Shown here piece by piece: positions 35,994 to 41,535 of a DNA stretch of 41,535 nt. The translations under genes were made by a program, and so were the position numbers. The first letter of the stretch is position 1. Each line of letters opens with the position of its first letter. This stretch comes from a virus (lineage: Duplodnaviria > Heunggongvirae > Uroviricota > Caudoviricetes): IMG/VR virus record IMGVR_UViG_2531839448_000006; one strand, written 5' to 3'. Under the pieces are notes generated by a model. That model ran no database searches and was not told the origin of the DNA. It worked only from the letters and a program-made list of their open reading frames with translations.

Positions 35994-38900
35994 TCAGAAC
36001 GACCAGTTCACACCAGCTACCCCGTTCCACGGGGATTCCACACCGGCACCATGGCTATACCCCACCCCAAGATGCCCGCTTAACGTACTGCTGAATGAGG
36101 CTTTAATACCTGCCTGGTATATTCCACGTCTGCCCGACAAATCATTGACGAAATTACCGTCACTATTCACTTTCACCCGGTTATCATCGACAAATTCTTT
36201 GCGCACAGCCGCCTTCAGCCACGGCTCAACTTCCATACCGTTCCCCAGACGCATGTTGTAACTCAGCGTTGCACCCAGTTCACGATATAAACTGCGGGTA
36301 TCGACTGATTTCGATTCCATGCCATTGGATAAATGATATTCAGGGTTATCAGCGGTGAACCCCCGTTAACGATGCATACGGCGTCAGGTTCCAGTTACCA
36401 TCGGTAAATCGCATCCCGGTTTCAATGTGACCGCCCAGCCCGTAGCTGCGATAACTGCCGTTGGCGGCTCCACCGCTGCCAACCGTGGAGTCGCGAGCTT
36501 CGGTACCTGCTAATACCAATAAATTACCGCCATTTTCCAGCAACATATTGGTCGCTAAATTGCCGGAAATGGAAAAAGTGCCGTACTGGTGAGTACCGCT
36601 GATTTCAATACCGTTAGCCGTGCTCGTCTGGAGAGCGGCACCGCTGTTCTGGACGATATCTGTCGCTTTGCCATTATCGTTAACTGTCAGCGTACCGCCT
36701 TCATTGATCTTTGTTTTTATTGCCTCTCCGTTAGCTGAAACTGTTTGTATTCCGCCGTCGTTAATCGTTGTCTCATTCGCCACCCCCTCGACGATTTGTT
36801 CGCCGCCGGTGAGCGTCGTGCCTGTCGCAGTGGCTTTTGTTTTGACGATCTCCCGTCCGCCCGTATTGACCTGTGTTTTGTCAGAAGAGGTGTCTGACTC
36901 CACGGTTAACACGCCGCCATTTGCCAGCAGGATATTGTTCGCCGCACCCTGCTCGATGCTGAACGCGACGCCATCCGCGCGTGTTCCTGTGACCCGCGTC
37001 GCCCTGGTGGTTGCAACCAAAGCGCCCTGGCTACTCTGCTGTATCCCCGTTGCGCTGCCTTTCTCCCGCACATCGAGTGTGCCGCCGTCATTAAGCACCG
37101 AGTTTTCAGCCAGACCGCCCTCATTAACTACCTGTGAACACCCATTAATAATGGAACCTTCCGCTATCCCGTTTGCCATAATTTGTTGTAGGCCAGAGAC
37201 GATATCGGTATTGATCGCCTTACCATAATTCTGAACGGTTTGTGTGCCGCCATTGATGTGCGTTTTGTCAGTTGACCCACCATCAACAATTTGTTCACCA
37301 CTTTCAATATTTGCCTCAGTGGCTAAACCATATACCGTTTGCTTGCCACCTTTGATATTTGCTTTATCAGAAGTGGCACTGGCATATATTGTTTGGGTGC
37401 CAGCACTATTAAGTACAGTGCCAACATCTTTTCCATAAACATCCATTTTGCCGTTGGCATTAATAATCGTATCAACTGCCCGGGAACCAGTGACGACTGT
37501 TAATGAGCCAGCGTTTTCCAGCACTACATTTTTAGCTTCTGAATTCCTGATGTAGAAAGCATCACCATAACTGTTGGTTCCTTCGATAAGGGTTCCGGAA
37601 GTTGTGGAAGCAATTAATGCGCCGCCGGATTGTTGCTCAACATGCTTAGCCTCACCACCGTCCTGAACCTCCAGAACGCCACCATTATTAAGTCTGGTGG
37701 TATCTGTTTTAGCCTCCTTCTGGACAATCAGCTTACCGCCAGCATCAACGGTAGTATTTTTCGCCGAGGTTTTAGCCACTACCGTCAGTTCGCCGGTATT
37801 TTCCAGCACAACATAATTAGCCTCCCCTCCGGTAATAGTGAAGTGAGAGAGCTTGTTGTATCCTTCAATATCAGTCCCTGCGCCCGTGTTGGCAACTAAA
37901 GCACTGCCCGTCTCCTGGTTAACCCCATGTGCAATACCGCCGGTATAGACAATCAGCGAGCCTCCGGCGCTAATATTGCTGCCAATTGCCGTACCATCTT
38001 TCTCAACAACTTGCTGGCTCCCGGAGGATATAATTGTTGTGTCAGCTTTCCCACCGCTTTTGATATTTTGCGTTCCGCTGTTGATATTGGTGCCTGTGGC
38101 TATGCCATAATTATTAAGATTCTGTGTGCCACCATTAATTATGGTATTTGTCGCGTTTCCTGCAACATCCATAACCCCGCCATTATCTATTCGGGTCGCA
38201 TCAGCTTTAGCATTCGTTAAAACTGACATTGTTCCTTTATCTTTAATAATCGTCTTGTTTGCGGAATGAGATACTTCTAAATGGCCTCCATTTTCCAGCA
38301 ACACATTGTCTTCCACTTTATTGTGGATGGAGAATGCACCTTCACTATTCGTACCGCTCACCGTCGTACCGTTAGTGTTTGTTTTTAAAATTGCACCATC
38401 GTGCTGGGTAACATTTGTTGCCGTACCACCACTAACATCAAGCACGCCACCGGAATAAACTTCAATAACATCCGAGGTGCTGGTGTTATTAACAATTTGC
38501 GTGCCACCAGAATAGATCTGCGTAATTTTTGCCGTTGACTTACTATTCAGAGACTGAGTTCCGCCTTCAATCGTCGTGTCCAGCGCACGGCTCTCATATA
38601 CTCTTTGCTCACCGCCATTTTTAATGGTTGTTGTTTCTACTGTGCTCTGTTCAACATACTGTCGACCACCATTTATGGTTGTGTTCGTTGCCAGACTTCC
38701 TTGTACTACGTCCTGAGAGCCAGACTTATTTATCGTTGTACCATCAGCATGCCCTTGAACTTTTACTATCTGGCTACCACCATCAATGAGTATTCCATTC
38801 GCACTCCCTCCCTCTACGCGTGAAGCACCGCCCTTAATTGTCGTTCCATTGCTGATACCCCCTTTATAAACGTCCTGATTGCCACTCTCGATTGTCGTAC

Positions 38901-39249
38901 CTGTGGAAATACCCCCGTCATGAATTGACTGTCTGCCACCGTTAATGGTTGTATTATTAGCCTGCCCCACAAAATTGTTATGACTTCCTATATCTTGATA
39001 TCCACCAGATTCAATAAGACTTCCATTAGATACCCCGCCATGAACATTCTGCTGGCCATGGTTGATAATATGAGTGTTATTTGTTGTACCTCGTTCATCC
39101 ACTTTTTGGTTGCCATCTACAGTCTCATCGTTTACCACACCAATAACATCAGGAGTGAAGGCCGCCATACCGGGCGGGGCATATATCAAGGCAGATATCA
39201 ATAAGGAAAGTACTGAGCGGCGACAATAATGGGGACTGGTCCTGTTCAT
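35994..39249 (-). pseudogene. Autotransporter adhesin, disrupted (reading frame breaks at about 36,320-36,349; beta-domain shortened)
   Basis: Passenger ORF 36349..39378 (likely start MNRTSPHY at 39247-39249 with signal peptide) is rich in T/G/N/S repeats. A separate-frame 108-aa ORF 35994..36320 ends in the classic outer-membrane beta-barrel terminus ...GVNWSF. Combined translocator region is only about 150 aa. Confidence 0.6.
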
Positions 39250-39587
39250 AAATTTCATCCTCTGAAAAGTGAATACTGAGTAGCGTTTAAGCGACCTTAG
39301 CTCTGCTGCAACATCAGCCCACAGGCACCAGACCAGGGGATTCATCCTGAAGAGACAGCGCAAGTGTATTGTGTTCACCGCTCATCAAAGACATCATGAT
39401 GAAATGATGATATTCCACATAAGAAAGAAGCATTTTTTAAACGCAGTGCGCTGAAGTATGGTTGGATAAAAAAGTCAATCTATTCAGGGAATACGGGGGT
39501 ATTCTTTTCTTTCGACAATCAGGTCGTCGGCAAAATAAAATGATTTACATAATCGTTTCTGATGAATATCTTCTGCTCACATAAAAA

Positions 39588-39776
39588 TCACACAATAACT
39601 TTGAGATCGCAGATTCTTTTACTTTTACAGCATTCGTCCCCCCATTGTTGGGCAAATATAGATTGGGCCAGAGCACGAAAGTTAATACCACGTTTGCACA
39701 GCTCCTCCAACAGCACGACAAGATGCCACATACTGCGCCCCAGTCGGTTCGGTTTACAGACTACCCGTGCGTCCAC
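39588..39776 (-). pseudogene. Serine recombinase (Pin/Hin-type invertase) fragment
   Basis: KPNRLGRSMWHLVVLLEELCKRGINFRALAQSI resembles the Hin/Pin segment around the conserved LGRS motif; only about 35 residues are conserved, flanked upstream by an IS3-family-like transposase fragment. Confidence 0.55.
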
Positions 39777-40161
39777 CGCCGATAATGTCCTGAGCAGTTT
39801 TTTCAGTCCGGACCTCCTGCCACGGTTTTACGTTGAAGAGGTAACCCTGAGCACGCAGTTCATCAGTCAGGCGTGGTGTACCGTAACCCTATTATTGATG
39901 GGTAAGATCAAAAAAACTTTCAGGCAGCTAAGGAAAGTTGAACCAGACATTAGAATAAATATTTCAACCAATTACAGCACCAATTCAGACACCGCCAGCT
40001 CAACAAATAAATCAAGGGGTTACGTGAAAGCGTAGCCCCTTTTTCTTTGGTAGTGGCAGCAAAATGGTTGTAGTGTAAAAAATAATCCCGTTTAATCAAT
40101 CAATAATACATATTGTTTCAATCTACGTTATTATCTCTTTGTAAAAATAGCCATTTATTAA

Positions 40162-41535
40162 TCATTGAAAACTGCTTTTAGAACTTGATACAACGGGACT
40201 AGTCACAACAGGACTATTCTCAACGGGATCATCCTCAGAGGAACTATCATCAAAGTCATCATCCATAAATAAAATATCATCGAATGGTGCCACGCCCGTG
40301 ATGAGTTTTATTTTATTATTACGATCAGTCAAGACTCCACTTAAACCGTTTTCGCTCACAGGTTTTAATGATTTTTCATTACTCTTGTTGTAAGCAGGCG
40401 CATTAAAAATACACGGAGTATCAAGATCAAACAATGACGTTCCCCAGTTCACATATTGAATATCATAGTTACTGAAGTTCTGTCCAGAAAAGAAGCATCC
40501 CTTAAAATCCAATCCACCTAAATTATATAAACCATCCTCTTCTTTTTGGAGAGTAATGTTAATTTTGGCTATCTCCCGGACATCATCGCCATTTTTATAT
40601 TTGAATACCGTTTCAAGATTTTCCCCACACAGTTTGACTTCTGGAAATAATTTGAAATCAAAGCCTATATTATTATGTATCAACGTAGATGAACAAAAGA
40701 TGGAGAAAGCTTGCAGTGCTGAATTATAGCTTTCGATTTTATCCTGAGGCTGCGCTCTTGGTAAAAACTCATAGCAACATTCATAAAAATTAAGTAGAAA
40801 CTCTGAAGACCTTCCATTTTTATCAAATAATATCCCCTTGAACTCATTCACAAACGCATCTTTTTTTTCTTGAATATCTATGGGGTGTTCCTTTGACTCT
40901 GACAAAGATGAAATCTCATCTATTTTGTTTTCATATGAATTACGTGATTCCATACAGACATTTGGCGGCGTTTCTAAAATAACACTACGCGTACTACTTG
41001 GCTTAAGTAAACCAACATGAAAATCACTTTTTCTTATATTATCGAAAAGGTTCTGTTCATTTCTTTTAGCGCATTCAAAAAACTGATCGGCATTATTTTT
41101 ATTCGATAATTTTTTAGTTTCAGAAAACACATTTTCATTGTTTTCCAGCTTTAGTTTAATGAGAAGATTTTCCCAGGCCTGCTTGCTTAAACATATTACG
41201 TCAGGCTCACCAGAACTAACTAACTCGTGATTATTATTAAAGTGTACGTTGAATACCTTTAAGTTATTTTCACCAACTTCATATTTAATACGTTTTAATT
41301 GTTCTCCAGCTCCCATAATGACAAAGGCGTTGCCTTCTTGATATATACATTCAGACATCATTTTTTGTAAAGTTTCAAGAGCACCGCGATACGTCTCTGA
41401 TGCAGCTTCCTTACAAATTAATTTTAAAATACTATGAGCTAGTAGCTCCATGTGTTTAGAAGATTTATTTTCATTATAACTTCCACTACCCAAAACTGCG
41501 CTAGCGTTAAATCCGTTGCTTTTACTAACTAACAT
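40162..41535 (-). CDS. Hypothetical AT-rich protein, possibly N-terminally truncated by the window edge
   Basis: 457-aa ORF running to the last base of the window (ATG at 41533-41535 may be internal); acidic, Ser-rich C-terminus; no motif assigned. Confidence 0.45.
   Translation of the reverse strand: MLVSKSNGFNASAVLGSGSYNENKSSKHMELLAHSILKLICKEAASETYRGALETLQKMMSECIYQEGNAFVIMGAGEQLKRIKYEVGENNLKVFNVHFNNNHELVSSGEPDVICLSKQAWENLLIKLKLENNENVFSETKKLSNKNNADQFFECAKRNEQNLFDNIRKSDFHVGLLKPSSTRSVILETPPNVCMESRNSYENKIDEISSLSESKEHPIDIQEKKDAFVNEFKGILFDKNGRSSEFLLNFYECCYEFLPRAQPQDKIESYNSALQAFSIFCSSTLIHNNIGFDFKLFPEVKLCGENLETVFKYKNGDDVREIAKINITLQKEEDGLYNLGGLDFKGCFFSGQNFSNYDIQYVNWGTSLFDLDTPCIFNAPAYNKSNEKSLKPVSENGLSGVLTDRNNKIKLITGVAPFDDILFMDDDFDDSSSEDDPVENSPVVTSPVVSSSKSSFQ

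Noticed and set aside
35755-36030. 91-aa minus-strand ORF overlapping the ssrA-like segment
   Set aside because: Its sequence is explained by the tmRNA 3-prime remnant and intergenic DNA; no RBS, low-complexity product.
36620-37228. 202-aa plus-strand ORF inside the autotransporter gene
   Set aside because: Antisense to the repeat-rich passenger domain; hydrophobic low-complexity translation.

Overview
This 41.5-kb window is E. coli-like DNA dominated by a P2/186-family temperate prophage, spanning roughly 2,450-33,500. All calls rest on reading the supplied translations and sequence by eye; no database search or computation was run. The prophage carries P2-type late genes in conserved order (ogr, D, U, T, E/E', FII, FI, G, H, I, J, W, V, S, R, lysC/B/A, K, Y, X, L, M, N, O on the minus strand, then P and Q on the plus strand). 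Its early region is 186-like: replication gene A coupled to a Dam methylase, a CII-like activator, a small Apl/Cox-like HTH protein, a 210-aa CI-like repressor and an integrase, plus a LexA-box-controlled small-protein/DinI-like operon. Three AT-rich accessory loci stand out. The first is an uncharacterised three-gene operon (23,545-25,418) in the cos-proximal variable locus between portal gene Q and the replication side, which is my best candidate for an undescribed anti-phage system. The second is a compact 257-aa reverse transcriptase with a small hydrophobic ORF at the left edge, separated from the prophage by an intact IS186 with target-site duplication. The third is a P-loop/kinase-deaminase fusion (33,866-35,608) resembling nucleotide-depleting dCTP-deaminase defence proteins, lying between int and a 38-bp remnant of the tmRNA (ssrA) 3-prime end. 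The right flank holds a disrupted autotransporter, recombinase/transposase fragments and an AT-rich hypothetical gene that may be cut by the window edge. Exact prophage att boundaries could not be established.
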